A DNA stretch of 64,000 nucleotides from Clostridiales bacterium (lineage in GTDB: Bacteria; Bacillota; Clostridia; Oscillospirales; CAG-272): the NCBI GenBank assembly GCA_012841635.1, contig DUUJ01000040.1, forward strand, positions 8,942 through 72,941, in the 5' to 3' direction. Each line of letters begins with the position of its first letter. The stretch's first letter is position 1. A model generated the notes under the pieces. The model saw nothing but the letters and a program-made list of their open reading frames with translations, had not been told where the DNA came from and ran no database searches. This document shows positions 28,205-37,493 of this stretch, piece by piece. The translations under genes were made by a program, and so were the position numbers.

Positions 28205-29554
28205 TCACTTCTTACCGCCGTCCTGATCGTCCTGATTCTCATTGAGGTCGGTAAAGCGGGTATACTGACCCCACCAGCCCATCTTTATCCTGCCGGTCGA
28301 ACCGTGACGGTTCTTGGCGATAATAACTTCGGCAAAATTCTGATTTTCCGCTTCTTCTTTATAATATTCGGCGCGGTAAAGGAACATGACTATGTCCGCG
28401 TCCTGCTCGATGGCGCCCGAGTCGCGGAGGTCGGAAAGCTGGGGTATCTTATCGCTCCGGCCTTCGGGTGCGCGGGAAAGCTGGGCGCAGCAGATGACCG
28501 GAACGCCCAAGTCTTTTGCAAGCAGCTTCAGGTTCCTTGAAATGTCGCTGACTTCCTGTACCCGGTTATCTATCCTGCGGTCGGATGTCATCAGCTGCAG
28601 ATAGTCGATTATTACAAGACCCAGATTTTTTACCCTGCGCAGCTTCGCTTTCATGCCGGTGATCGTGATGCCGGAAGTGTCGTCTATAAGTATCTCGCAT
28701 TCGGAGAGCATTGCGGCGGTATTGGCAAGCGCAGCCCACTGCCGGTCGTCGAGCGCGCCGGTACGGAGGGCATAGTTATCTATCAGGCCTTCCGATGACA
28801 ACATTCTCGTCGCAAGCTGCTGCTTTGACATCTCGAGAGAGAAGATGCATATCGCTTTTTTGGTAGCCCGGGCGGCTTTCACGGCGATATTGAGGGCGAA
28901 AGAGGTCTTTCCCATTCCGGGACGGGCGCCGATCAGGATAAGATCGGAGGGCGCCATGCCGACAATGACGCGGTCAAGCTCGGTGAAGCCGGACGGAGTT
29001 CCGACGGCGGCGGCGCGGTCGCTTTCAAGCAGCTGAAGATGATCGTATACCGAGATGATGACTTCTTTGATGTGGGTAAAGTTTTTCTGGTCGCTGCCCT
29101 GCGCTATCGCGAAGATCTTCTGCTCGGCGTTGTTTACTATGTTGTCGACTTCGTCCCCTTCGGCGAAGGCGTTTTCGGTTATCTCGGCGCAGGCTTCGAT
29201 TAAGCGGCGAAGCGTCGATTTGTCCTTTACTATGCGGGCGTAATCGAGGATATTCTGAGCCGTCGGCACCGCTTCCGCGATCACCCGGATATAGTTGCGC
29301 CCCGATTCGTCGGTATAAACGCCTAATTTGACGAGTTCGTTTATGAGGGTGACGACGTCGATGCTTTTGTTGACCAGAAACAGACTTGCCATCGCTTCGT
29401 ATATCGATTTATGCTCCTCGATATAGAAGTCTTCCGATGTAAGTATCGTCGCCACTTGAGTAAAGCGCTCGGGATCGATCAGGATCGACCCGAGCACCGA
29501 TTGCTCGGCTTCGAGCGAATAGGGCAGCCTTTTTACAATCTGCTCGTCTGCCAT
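28205..29554 (-). CDS. dnaB: Replicative DNA helicase
   Basis: LPYSLEAEQSVLGSILID N-terminus, Walker A GARPGMGKTSFALN, DYLQLM, and the RAPEGRSDK.PQLSDLRDSGAIEQDAD motifs. Confidence 0.95.
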   Translation of the reverse strand: MADEQIVKRLPYSLEAEQSVLGSILIDPERFTQVATILTSEDFYIEEHKSIYEAMASLFLVNKSIDVVTLINELVKLGVYTDESGRNYIRVIAEAVPTAQNILDYARIVKDKSTLRRLIEACAEITENAFAEGDEVDNIVNNAEQKIFAIAQGSDQKNFTHIKEVIISVYDHLQLLESDRAAAVGTPSGFTELDRVIVGMAPSDLILIGARPGMGKTSFALNIAVKAARATKKAICIFSLEMSKQQLATRMLSSEGLIDNYALRTGALDDRQWAALANTAAMLSECEILIDDTSGITITGMKAKLRRVKNLGLVIIDYLQLMTSDRRIDNRVQEVSDISRNLKLLAKDLGVPVICCAQLSRAPEGRSDKIPQLSDLRDSGAIEQDADIVMFLYRAEYYKEEAENQNFAEVIIAKNRHGSTGRIKMGWWGQYTRFTDLNENQDDQDGGKK

Positions 29555-29558
29555 AAGC

Positions 29559-30005
29559 TTATTTTGCGGTTACGATGACGTTTATCTTCCCTGAAATCTC
29601 GGGATACAGTTTCACGTCTACCGTATATGCGCCGTAAGCCTTGATAGGATCGGCTATGCTGAGTTTGCGTCTGTCGATGTCGATGCCGTGCTGCGCTTTC
29701 AGCGCTTCGGCGATATCCATTGCAGTGACCGAACCGTAAAGCCTGCCGTCATCGCTTCCCGATTTAGCCACCTTTACCGTAACTCCGAGAAGTTTTTCGG
29801 CGGTTTCGAGAGCATTCTGCTTTTCAAGCGCGGCGCGGCGGACTGCGGCTTCTTCCTTTGCCTTAAGATCAGCTATCGCTTTCTTGGTCGCTTCAATCGC
29901 AAGCCCTCTCGGCAGGAGATAGTTGCGGGCATAGCCGTCGGAAACGTTTATCAGGTCGCCCTTCTTGCCCTGACTCGGAACGTCCTGTGTTAATATGACT
30001 TTCAT
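29559..30005 (-). CDS. rplI: 50S ribosomal protein L9
   Basis: MKVILTQDV...GKKGD...[17 protein letters not shown]-terminus; 148 aa; upstream of dnaB as in most Firmicutes. Confidence 0.93.
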   Translation of the reverse strand: MKVILTQDVPSQGKKGDLINVSDGYARNYLLPRGLAIEATKKAIADLKAKEEAAVRRAALEKQNALETAEKLLGVTVKVAKSGSDDGRLYGSVTAMDIAEALKAQHGIDIDRRKLSIADPIKAYGAYTVDVKLYPEISGKINVIVTAK

Positions 30006-30036
30006 GATATGTATCTTATCCCTTTCCTGCTCTCTG

Positions 30037-31110
30037 TTATTTTGAAATATGATTTTCGTTCTCGTAAAGAATATAGCGGGCGGCTATATCGCAGTCTCCC
30101 TCATGGAAGACGAGGCGGTAGCTGTATTTCAGGCATTCGCCTCGGCAGAGCGTCAGGCCGCCCTTGAAAAAGAAGTTGTTCGGCGCGAAAAGGCCGTAGT
30201 CGCGGATATGCCATGTCGCGGGGTAGCGCTCGTTGCGCTCGCAGTCGAAGACGGCGACGCCGCATTCATGACCGTCGAGCCTGCCTGAATAGTCGCACCA
30301 GACGGCGGGACGTCCCCAGCATTCGCGCTCGGTTACGGCGCCCCAGCTGTTTTCAAGCCTGCCTCCGCGGTCGCCTCTCAGCGGATCGGCCATCCGGACC
30401 CCCAAAGGTCCGGCTTCCTTCGTCGCGCCGATCTCGACATCCCCGTAGCTCGCCTTGAACTCGATATCAAGGTCGATATAGCGGCAGGCGGTATCCTGAT
30501 TGTAGAAGGTGAAGCGGCGGCGTTCGTCGAGGTATTTGATACCGTCCTGACCTTCCCATATGTTATATGCGGTAAAGGATGCGCAGGCGTCGTTTGAAAA
30601 TACGTTTTCTATCCGCTGATGCTTCTGATATCCCCAGTTGCCGGATTCGTTCCAGAAATCGACGGCCTGATCGGCTCCGCAGAGCTTTATGTCGCCTATG
30701 CCGAGGAATACCGAACGGTGGTGCGGATGCTCTTTTGTGTCAAAATCAAGGCGGGTGAAGCTTCCGCCGAAGCTCGTCGCTATCGGGCCGAGATACGGCT
30801 TTATGAATTTATCCGAAAAGCAATAGGATGTGAAACGATTCTTGCCGATAAAAACATCGACCGCGCCGTCACCGTCGCAGAGCGATACTTTGTCGGATCC
30901 GCTTTCACAATCGGACAGCTCAAGCTTTACATCGCCCGCGGGGCAGGAAATAACCGCCAGAAGATATTCTTCGCCGTTCCGCTCAACTTTTGCGGCGGGA
31001 TAAAGCTTGTCTCCGATCTTTACGCTGCGGGTCGATTCCGGGATGCCGTCGGCTTTTATATATACCGGTGCGCCGCAAACGGGACGCGCCGCGAAAAATG
31101 TAAGTTCCAT
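30037..31110 (-). CDS. DUF6807 / PmoA-family protein
   Basis: [28 protein letters not shown] and RDYGLFAPN blocks resemble the PF14100-type family usually found beside sugar isomerases and oxidoreductases. Assigned from memory of the family motifs. Confidence 0.6.
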   Translation of the reverse strand: MELTFFAARPVCGAPVYIKADGIPESTRSVKIGDKLYPAAKVERNGEEYLLAVISCPAGDVKLELSDCESGSDKVSLCDGDGAVDVFIGKNRFTSYCFSDKFIKPYLGPIATSFGGSFTRLDFDTKEHPHHRSVFLGIGDIKLCGADQAVDFWNESGNWGYQKHQRIENVFSNDACASFTAYNIWEGQDGIKYLDERRRFTFYNQDTACRYIDLDIEFKASYGDVEIGATKEAGPLGVRMADPLRGDRGGRLENSWGAVTERECWGRPAVWCDYSGRLDGHECGVAVFDCERNERYPATWHIRDYGLFAPNNFFFKGGLTLCRGECLKYSYRLVFHEGDCDIAARYILYENENHISK

Positions 31111-31152
31111 TATGAATTCCTTTCGAAAACGAGTTTGTGCGGTTGAATTAAA

Positions 31153-31995
31153 TCAGAATACGCGGCGCATATATTCGTATATGCGGGGAAGTTCGGCGTG
31201 ATAGTCTTTATATACAGCTTCGCAGCTCACCCTTCCGCAGTATCCGGCGCGGCTGAGCGCGTCGGCGGCATTCGGAAGAAGCTCTCCTTTTTCGGCGCCG
31301 TCGTAAGCTCCGGGGAAACTCCTGTCGAATTCGGAGACATGAACATGGGCGAGCTGATCCGCGACAAGCGGGATATTTGTCAGCGGCTCGTTCTGCTTTG
31401 ACATATGATAGATATCGGCGAGCAGCTTTACCGCGGGATGGCGGACATGCGAAGCGATCGCATGGCCCTCGATCGTTGTAAACATGAAGTTGGTCTCGGC
31501 GGGATTCAGCGGCTCAAGCGCGAATTTGATGCCGTAGGACGCGGCGATGTCGCCGCAGATACGGATAAACTCATAATATTTGCAAAGCAGGGCGCTGCGC
31601 TCGGAATAGCCTATGCCGTCCGGCAGGCTGCGGGCGCGGCCGGAGCCGAAGACCACGGTATCCACCCCTATTCCGGCGGCGCGGTCGAGCGCGCGCTCGA
31701 CATATTCCCTTATAACCGGAAGCTCGGTTTTCGCAAGCGCATATTCGCCGGGAAGAAAGCTGTTGGCGCATTCGAAGCGGACGCCGTCTTTAACCGCTCT
31801 TTTGTATTCCTCATCCGACATGCTCATGAAGACCCCGAAAGCGGTTTCGGCAAAATCAAATCCCGCGTTCATGCAGGCTTCCCATCCGAAAAAGCACTGA
31901 TCGTAGGGGGTCACTATTCGGTTTTTATCCTGCGGCATGAACGAACCGCCCGGAACGCAAACTCCGATCCTGTGTTTTATCTGCCTCACTGACAT
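31153..31995 (-). CDS. Sugar phosphate isomerase/epimerase (xylose-isomerase-like TIM barrel)
   Basis: AGGAGGG RBS then ATG at 31995. The FDFAE...GVDTVVFGSG...ALEPLNP...HVHVSE pattern is typical of AP-endonuclease-2/xylose-isomerase-like TIM-barrel proteins. Confidence 0.7.
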   Translation of the reverse strand: MSVRQIKHRIGVCVPGGSFMPQDKNRIVTPYDQCFFGWEACMNAGFDFAETAFGVFMSMSDEEYKRAVKDGVRFECANSFLPGEYALAKTELPVIREYVERALDRAAGIGVDTVVFGSGRARSLPDGIGYSERSALLCKYYEFIRICGDIAASYGIKFALEPLNPAETNFMFTTIEGHAIASHVRHPAVKLLADIYHMSKQNEPLTNIPLVADQLAHVHVSEFDRSFPGAYDGAEKGELLPNAADALSRAGYCGRVSCEAVYKDYHAELPRIYEYMRRVF

Positions 31996-32139
31996 ATAAG
32001 TTCCCTCCTTAAATCTTCTTTGTGGTATTATACCACAATTTCGAAAAATTATCAAGGTTCTGCCGGATTATATATCAAATAATATATCGCGGCGGTATGC
32101 AGAACATCCCTCTCCGGATTAAGATTAACATTTATTGAC

Positions 32140-32168
32140 TTGACATGATACGCCGTATATGTTAAAAT
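32140..32168 (+). promoter_or_regulatory. Sigma-A-type promoter of the mgtE leader
   Basis: TTGACA (32140-32145), 17-nt spacer, TAAAAT (32163-32168). Predicts a ~355-nt 5' UTR. Confidence 0.6.
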
Positions 32169-32254
32169 ATTAAATGCGGAAATATTTCGCTCTGCCGGCA
32201 ATAGAGCGTATTTTTCCGGACACTTGAGACAAAGACGCTTGAGTACGAATTTTA

Positions 32255-32451
32255 TTTATTATTTTGAGCCCACAAGAGGTGAGAAAAGCATGGACGAAGG
32301 CGGTAACACGTACCCCGGTCCGCGAAGCCAGATAAATAAAGCGGAAAAGCAGGAAGTGCCGCCCGGCGGCCCCAGCTTTTTCACGGAATTTAATATAAGC
32401 GAAAGATAAACCAAGGCCGCTCAATTAAGGGCGCGCCGGCCTTTTCGCGCC
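32255..32451 (+). promoter_or_regulatory. Structured mgtE leader; candidate Mg2+ (M-box/ykoK-type) riboswitch with a terminator-like hairpin; not verified
   Basis: Long UTR upstream of mgtE, the classic M-box context. AGAGGTGAGAAAAGC and AAGCGAAAGATAAAC loosely resemble the M-box GGUGAGGC and GCUAAAGC elements. Two mutually exclusive hairpins are present: AAGGCCG (32413-32419) with CGGCCTT (32437-32443), and GGCGCG (32430-32435) with CGCGCC (32446-32451). Confidence 0.35.
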
Positions 32452-32528
32452 GCTTCGCCCCCCGGTATCGTGCTGCGCCTCCTACAAATTCCCCCGCGAA
32501 AAAATTTTGTAGAAGAGGAAGCATTTAC

Positions 32529-33893
32529 ATGACCGATATCAGAACAATGAGCGAAAAAGTTCTTATACTGCTTATCGAACGCAAGTATAAAGAGCTGCGG
32601 GAGCTGCTCTCGGATATGGAGCCCGTCGATATCGCGGCGCTGACATCCGAGCTGCCCCGTGACATTATCCCCCTGATTTTTAGAGTCCTGCCGAAGGAGC
32701 TTGCCGCCGACGCATTCGTCGAGATGGACGCAGACCTTCAGGAGACTCTGATCCAGGCGTTTTCCGACCTTGAGCTGAAGGAAGTTCTCCAGCAGCTCTT
32801 CCTCGACGACACCGTCGATATAATCGAGGAAATGCCGGCAAACGTCGTAAAAAGAATACTCAAAAACTCCGATCCCTCGATGCGTCAGGACATAAACGAG
32901 GTTTTGCACTATCCCAAGGACAGCGCAGGCTCGGTTATGACGAACGAGTATGTCGATCTTAGGTTAAGGATGACCGTCGAGGATGCTTTCAAGCGCATAA
33001 AACGCGTGGCAATCGACCGGGAAACGATTTATACCTGCTACGTCACCGACCAGGACAGGATACTGCTGGGCGTCGTGACGGCAAAAACGCTGATGCTGTC
33101 AGAGCCGGACGACATCATCGAAGACATCATGGAGACGAACGTGATAAGTTCGCTCACCACCGATGACAAAGAGGACTGCGCAGATAAGATTTCAAAATAC
33201 GACCTTCTTGCCATCCCGATAGTCGACACCGAAAACCGGCTTGTCGGAATAGTCACGTTTGACGACGCAATCGACGTAATCAAAGAAGCTACCGAGGACG
33301 ATTTCGCCAAAATGGCGGCGGTTACCCCCTCGGAAAACACCTATTTCCGGACCGGCGTATTCGCGCACACGAAAAACCGTGTGTTCTGGCTTTTGATACT
33401 GATGCTCTCCGGCATCGTGACCGGAGCGATACTTCAGAGCTTCGAAAATGCGATAGCCGCGATCCCGGCTCTCGTAACTTTTATTCCTATGCTGATGGAT
33501 ACCTCCGGCAACTCGGGAACCCAGGCTTCGACAATGGTTATCCGCGGTCTTGCCATGGAAGAAATACATCTCCGTGATTTCATCCGCGTATGGTGGAAGG
33601 AAATCCGGGTCGCATTCTGCATCGGCGTGGTGCTCGGCGTGGTAAACACGGCGCGCATACTGATACAGTATCACGGCTCGCCGGAAAGACTGTATTTTGC
33701 GCTTGCCACCTCTCTTACAATGCTTGCGGTGGTATGCATTGCGAAATCCTTCGGCGTCATTTTGCCGATGCTGGCAAAAAAACTGCGCCTTGACCCCGCC
33801 GTCGTGGCTTCGCCGGTGCTTACGACAATATGCGACATTTCAACGGTAACTATATATTTCACCCTTGTTACCATTTTATTTAAGCTGTCCTGA
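32529..33893 (+). CDS. mgtE: Magnesium transporter MgtE
   Basis: N-domain (MEPVDIAALTSELP), tandem CBS domains, C-terminal TM domain with PMLMDTSGNSGTQAST and the ASPVLTTICD motif. Confidence 0.92.
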   Translation: MTDIRTMSEKVLILLIERKYKELRELLSDMEPVDIAALTSELPRDIIPLIFRVLPKELAADAFVEMDADLQETLIQAFSDLELKEVLQQLFLDDTVDIIEEMPANVVKRILKNSDPSMRQDINEVLHYPKDSAGSVMTNEYVDLRLRMTVEDAFKRIKRVAIDRETIYTCYVTDQDRILLGVVTAKTLMLSEPDDIIEDIMETNVISSLTTDDKEDCADKISKYDLLAIPIVDTENRLVGIVTFDDAIDVIKEATEDDFAKMAAVTPSENTYFRTGVFAHTKNRVFWLLILMLSGIVTGAILQSFENAIAAIPALVTFIPMLMDTSGNSGTQASTMVIRGLAMEEIHLRDFIRVWWKEIRVAFCIGVVLGVVNTARILIQYHGSPERLYFALATSLTMLAVVCIAKSFGVILPMLAKKLRLDPAVVASPVLTTICDISTVTIYFTLVTILFKLS

Positions 33894-34000
33894 GGGCGGC
33901 AATAATCAAGCTCCCTGACCCCCGGGGCCGCGGAAAGTCCCGCGGCTCCGGTCTTTTTTTCGAAAACACGATTCGGCCGGAGACTGAATCCGAATATACT

Positions 34001-35200
34001 ATGATTAATCATCCGCCCGGACAAGACCGGACAAACAATGATTCTTGGGGAGGAATAAAACCCGCGGCAGCGGCGGCTGTCAGTCTCCTTCTCTGTCTTA
34101 TGCTGCCGGCGTTACTGTCCGTACCGCTTGAAGGAGTTTATCTTTTCCTTCCCATAGGCATTGCGGGAGGGGCTGCGGCATATGCGCTCTTTTACGCCGT
34201 AAAGGAACTGAAAACGGGGGTTGTTAAAGCCGCGCTGCTCCTTTTGCTTACCGCCGCCGCATCTGCCCTTCTCTGCATGCTTTGTACCCGCGATATCGAG
34301 AAAACGATTCTTTCCGCGGGATATATCTTCCCGGGAGGGATCCTTTCCCTGAAACTTCTGACAAAGCCGCGAATTCCGAAGGAAAACAAGCCCGACATCT
34401 TCGAACGCGCCTTCGCGCGGATGCGGGAGACATTCAGACCGGATGACGAAGAGAAAAAAGAAAAGGCAGACGAACCTGCGCCGATTCCCTCTTATCCGTC
34501 CCGTGTTTCCTGCATCGTTTCGATGTCCGCCGTCTTGGGCGCCGCCTTCGCGGTATTCATGACAGTTCTGCTCGCGGCGGAACGAGGCGGATTCTCCCCG
34601 TCGATATTTTCCGACTGGCTGACCGAACAGACGGATAGGATACGGTCGATAATCTCATCGTTCACCACATCGGACGGCGGCGAAACAAAACCGCTGTATA
34701 CCGGGGAAAACCTTACCTTTATGGTGAACTACATTCTCCTCGTCCTGCCTGCGGTTATAACAGTCTTCTGTTTCATTTCATCCTGGCTGTCGACTCTGGT
34801 ATTCACGGCGTTTTCGGCTGCCGCCGGATATTACCGCCGCTTATTTGAATACGGCTGGCCTTTGAAGATCAGCCGCGGATCCGCCGTCGTCTTCATTGCG
34901 GTATATCTTGGCGCGGTGTTCTTCGGCCGGAATCCTGCCGTATACATCCTGTTTGCAAACTTTGTCCTGATACTGACACCCGGTTTTGTACTGATCGGCG
35001 TCCGGGAAACTATTTTCAAGCTCGCCGATGACTACCGACGTCCGTCCGGCATACTCCTGATAATCGCATCCGTTGTTTTAGCCTTCGTCAACTTTATGGC
35101 GGTGTTTGTTCTGATGTCGTTCGCCGGCGTCGTTTATACCCTTTTCAGCAGCCGCCGTGATAAAGGCGAGCGCCGCGACAGCGGCGGAAACATAACCTGA
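34001..35200 (+). CDS. Polytopic membrane protein, YybS/DUF2232-like
   Basis: About 9 TM helices. Lies directly upstream of gdpP, as yybS does in Bacillus. Contains a charged cytoplasmic insert. The assignment rests mainly on synteny. Confidence 0.5.
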   Translation: MINHPPGQDRTNNDSWGGIKPAAAAAVSLLLCLMLPALLSVPLEGVYLFLPIGIAGGAAAYALFYAVKELKTGVVKAALLLLLTAAASALLCMLCTRDIEKTILSAGYIFPGGILSLKLLTKPRIPKENKPDIFERAFARMRETFRPDDEEKKEKADEPAPIPSYPSRVSCIVSMSAVLGAAFAVFMTVLLAAERGGFSPSIFSDWLTEQTDRIRSIISSFTTSDGGETKPLYTGENLTFMVNYILLVLPAVITVFCFISSWLSTLVFTAFSAAAGYYRRLFEYGWPLKISRGSAVVFIAVYLGAVFFGRNPAVYILFANFVLILTPGFVLIGVRETIFKLADDYRRPSGILLIIASVVLAFVNFMAVFVLMSFAGVVYTLFSSRRDKGERRDSGGNIT

Positions 35201-35220
35201 CAATAAAGGTTCTCCTTGCC

Positions 35221-37323
35221 ATGTTCGATTTTTTCAAAAAAATCTTTGCCGACAAAAGCACGACAAAGAAGCTGCTTTTAAGTCTCGGCTTCGCGCTTTT
35301 CGGCGCAATATATACGGCCGTATGTATCATAGCGGCGCCGTATATGCCGCTTAAGACCGGCAAATTCGCGGCCGCCGCCGCGGCTCTGCTCCTTCTCATT
35401 TCCGTCGCCGCCGCGCTGATCTGGCGAACGCTCCAGATAAACAGAGCGCGCATCGAAGGAGATACTCAGAGCTCGCTGCTCGGTTCGATAACCCTTGACT
35501 TTATGGTCAAGCTGAAAAACCCCCTGCTCATCTGCGACGATAACGGCAGGATAGTATGGTACAATCCCGCGCTTGCCTCGTTCATGGTGGCATCCGGCGC
35601 GCAGCGGGAGGATATGCACGGCAAATCGATATCTCATATTTTGGGAATCGGCCTCGAATCGATGCGCGCAGACACCACGAACGAAGGGGTTGAAACAGCC
35701 GTCCGCGGGTCAATCTGGCGGATAAAGCCTTACCGCTTCGAATCCGACTCGAAGGGGAAATATCTAAACGTACTTGTCTGGACCAATGCGACCGAACTTT
35801 CAAAGACGCGCGCCGAGCTTGCAGACAACAACACGGTAGTCGCCTATATCGTCATCGACAACCTTGAGGAGATTTCCCAGTTCACCCGCGCATCCGACCA
35901 TATCCTTGACGCCGCCTTCGATGTGCGGCAGATACTTTATGAGTGGGCGAGGTCCTGCGAAGGGGTGATACGCGACTACAGCGCCAACAAATTCATCTTC
36001 TTCTTCTCCGCCGACAAGCTTCACGAATTCACCGCCGACAAGTTCAGCATTCTTGATAAAATCCGCAACATAAGGGTAGGCTCCGATATAAGCCTGCCGA
36101 TAACGGTTTCCATCGGCATCGGTACGCTTGAAGGCAGCCTTCTTGAAAAGGAACAGTCGGCGCAGTCGGCGCTCGACACCGCCCTTCAGCGGGGAGGAGA
36201 TCAGGTCGTCGTCAAAACCGAGACCGGTACGGAGTTTTACGGCGGACGGACGCGCGGTGTACAAAAGCGCACGAAGGTCCGCGCGAGAGTCGTTGCAAAC
36301 AAGCTCGTCGGACTCATATCTTCAAGCTCGAACGTGCTTGTCATGGCGCATCGCTGGGCGGATTTCGACGCCTTCGGCTCGTCGGTCGGAGTCGCAAGAC
36401 TCTGCATGTACTGCGGGGTAAAAGTCAATATAATCTGCAACATGTCCGACCCGAACCTTCGCGGCTGTCTCAGCCTGCTTTCCGAGGTTGCCGAATTCGG
36501 AGGCGTCTGCGTCGATTCCGCGGCGGCTCAGGACATGATAGAAGCGGACACACTGCTGATAATCTGCGACGTCAACAGCCCGGCGATTTTTGAAGCTCCG
36601 GATATAGCCGCCAACTGCGGAAGGATAGCCATCATCGACCACCACCGCCGGACCGCATCGAGCGACGTCATCAAAGCGGAAAATATCATGATGTCCTATA
36701 TCGAGCCGACCGCTTCCTCGACCTGCGAGCTTGTTTCGGAAATACTCGAACTTTCGATGCCGAGCGGCACCATCACTTCTCAGGAAGCCGAATTGATGCT
36801 CGCCGGCATCCTGCTCGACACAAATCAGTTTTCCCGCAACGTCGGCGTGCGCACCTTCGGCGCGGCGGTCTGGCTGCGCGCCGAGGGAGCCGATACCGGT
36901 TCGGCTCAGGCGCTCTTCAAGACGGATTTCGCCAATTTCCTGTCGGAAGCCGGTTTTGAGTCGAATATCTTCATCTACCGCGAATTCATCGCGATAGCCA
37001 AATCGGATTACGAAAGCGAAAAGGCAAAGCACGGCGACGCGATAAGCATATCGGCGTTCAGGATCGCCGCGGCAAAATCCGCCGACCGGATGCTCAACAT
37101 CACCGGCGTCCGCGCCAGCTTCGCGATCTGCCGGATAGGCAAGACGATACATATCTCCTCCCGCTCCGACGGCTCGATAAACGTTCAGCTGATACTCGAG
37201 AAGATCGGCGGCGGCGGGCATTACGACATGGCGGGAGCGCAGTTTGCCGACGACGATATGATGGCGGCTCAGGTGGCGCTGAAAAAAGCGATAGACGAAT
37301 ATCTCGATTCAATCAAAGGCTGA
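35221..37323 (+). CDS. gdpP: Cyclic-di-AMP phosphodiesterase GdpP (TM-PAS-degenerate GGDEF-DHH/DHHA1)
   Basis: Two N-terminal TM helices, a PAS-like segment, and DHH motifs (MAHRWADFDAFGS, ICDVN, IIDHHRR, GILLDTNQF). DHHA1 GGGGH near the C-terminus. Confidence 0.85.
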   Translation: MFDFFKKIFADKSTTKKLLLSLGFALFGAIYTAVCIIAAPYMPLKTGKFAAAAAALLLLISVAAALIWRTLQINRARIEGDTQSSLLGSITLDFMVKLKNPLLICDDNGRIVWYNPALASFMVASGAQREDMHGKSISHILGIGLESMRADTTNEGVETAVRGSIWRIKPYRFESDSKGKYLNVLVWTNATELSKTRAELADNNTVVAYIVIDNLEEISQFTRASDHILDAAFDVRQILYEWARSCEGVIRDYSANKFIFFFSADKLHEFTADKFSILDKIRNIRVGSDISLPITVSIGIGTLEGSLLEKEQSAQSALDTALQRGGDQVVVKTETGTEFYGGRTRGVQKRTKVRARVVANKLVGLISSSSNVLVMAHRWADFDAFGSSVGVARLCMYCGVKVNIICNMSDPNLRGCLSLLSEVAEFGGVCVDSAAAQDMIEADTLLIICDVNSPAIFEAPDIAANCGRIAIIDHHRRTASSDVIKAENIMMSYIEPTASSTCELVSEILELSMPSGTITSQEAELMLAGILLDTNQFSRNVGVRTFGAAVWLRAEGADTGSAQALFKTDFANFLSEAGFESNIFIYREFIAIAKSDYESEKAKHGDAISISAFRIAAAKSADRMLNITGVRASFAICRIGKTIHISSRSDGSINVQLILEKIGGGGHYDMAGAQFADDDMMAAQVALKKAIDEYLDSIKG

Positions 37324-37340
37324 GATCAATTTAATATCTT

Positions 37341-37379
37341 CTCTCCGAATGCGATTTTTCGGAGGGATTTTTTGTTTTT
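37341..37379 (+). terminator. Rho-independent terminator after gdpP
   Basis: CTCCGAA (37343-37349) pairs with TTCGGAG (37358-37364), followed by GGATTTTTTGTTTTT. Confidence 0.7.
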
Positions 37380-37432
37380 ACCGCCAAACACGGTTTTTCC
37401 GATTAAGGTCAAAATATTGTCACATTTCTCGG

Positions 37433-37462
37433 TTGATATCAAAGCAGAAAAAATGTTATAAT
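37433..37462 (+). promoter_or_regulatory. Sigma-A-type promoter (extended -10) for the ABC exporter operon
   Basis: TTGATA (37433-37438), 18-nt spacer, TGtTATAAT (-10 hexamer at 37457-37462). Confidence 0.5.
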
Positions 37463-37493
37463 AATTATTCAGAACAACTCGGAGGTATCAGCC

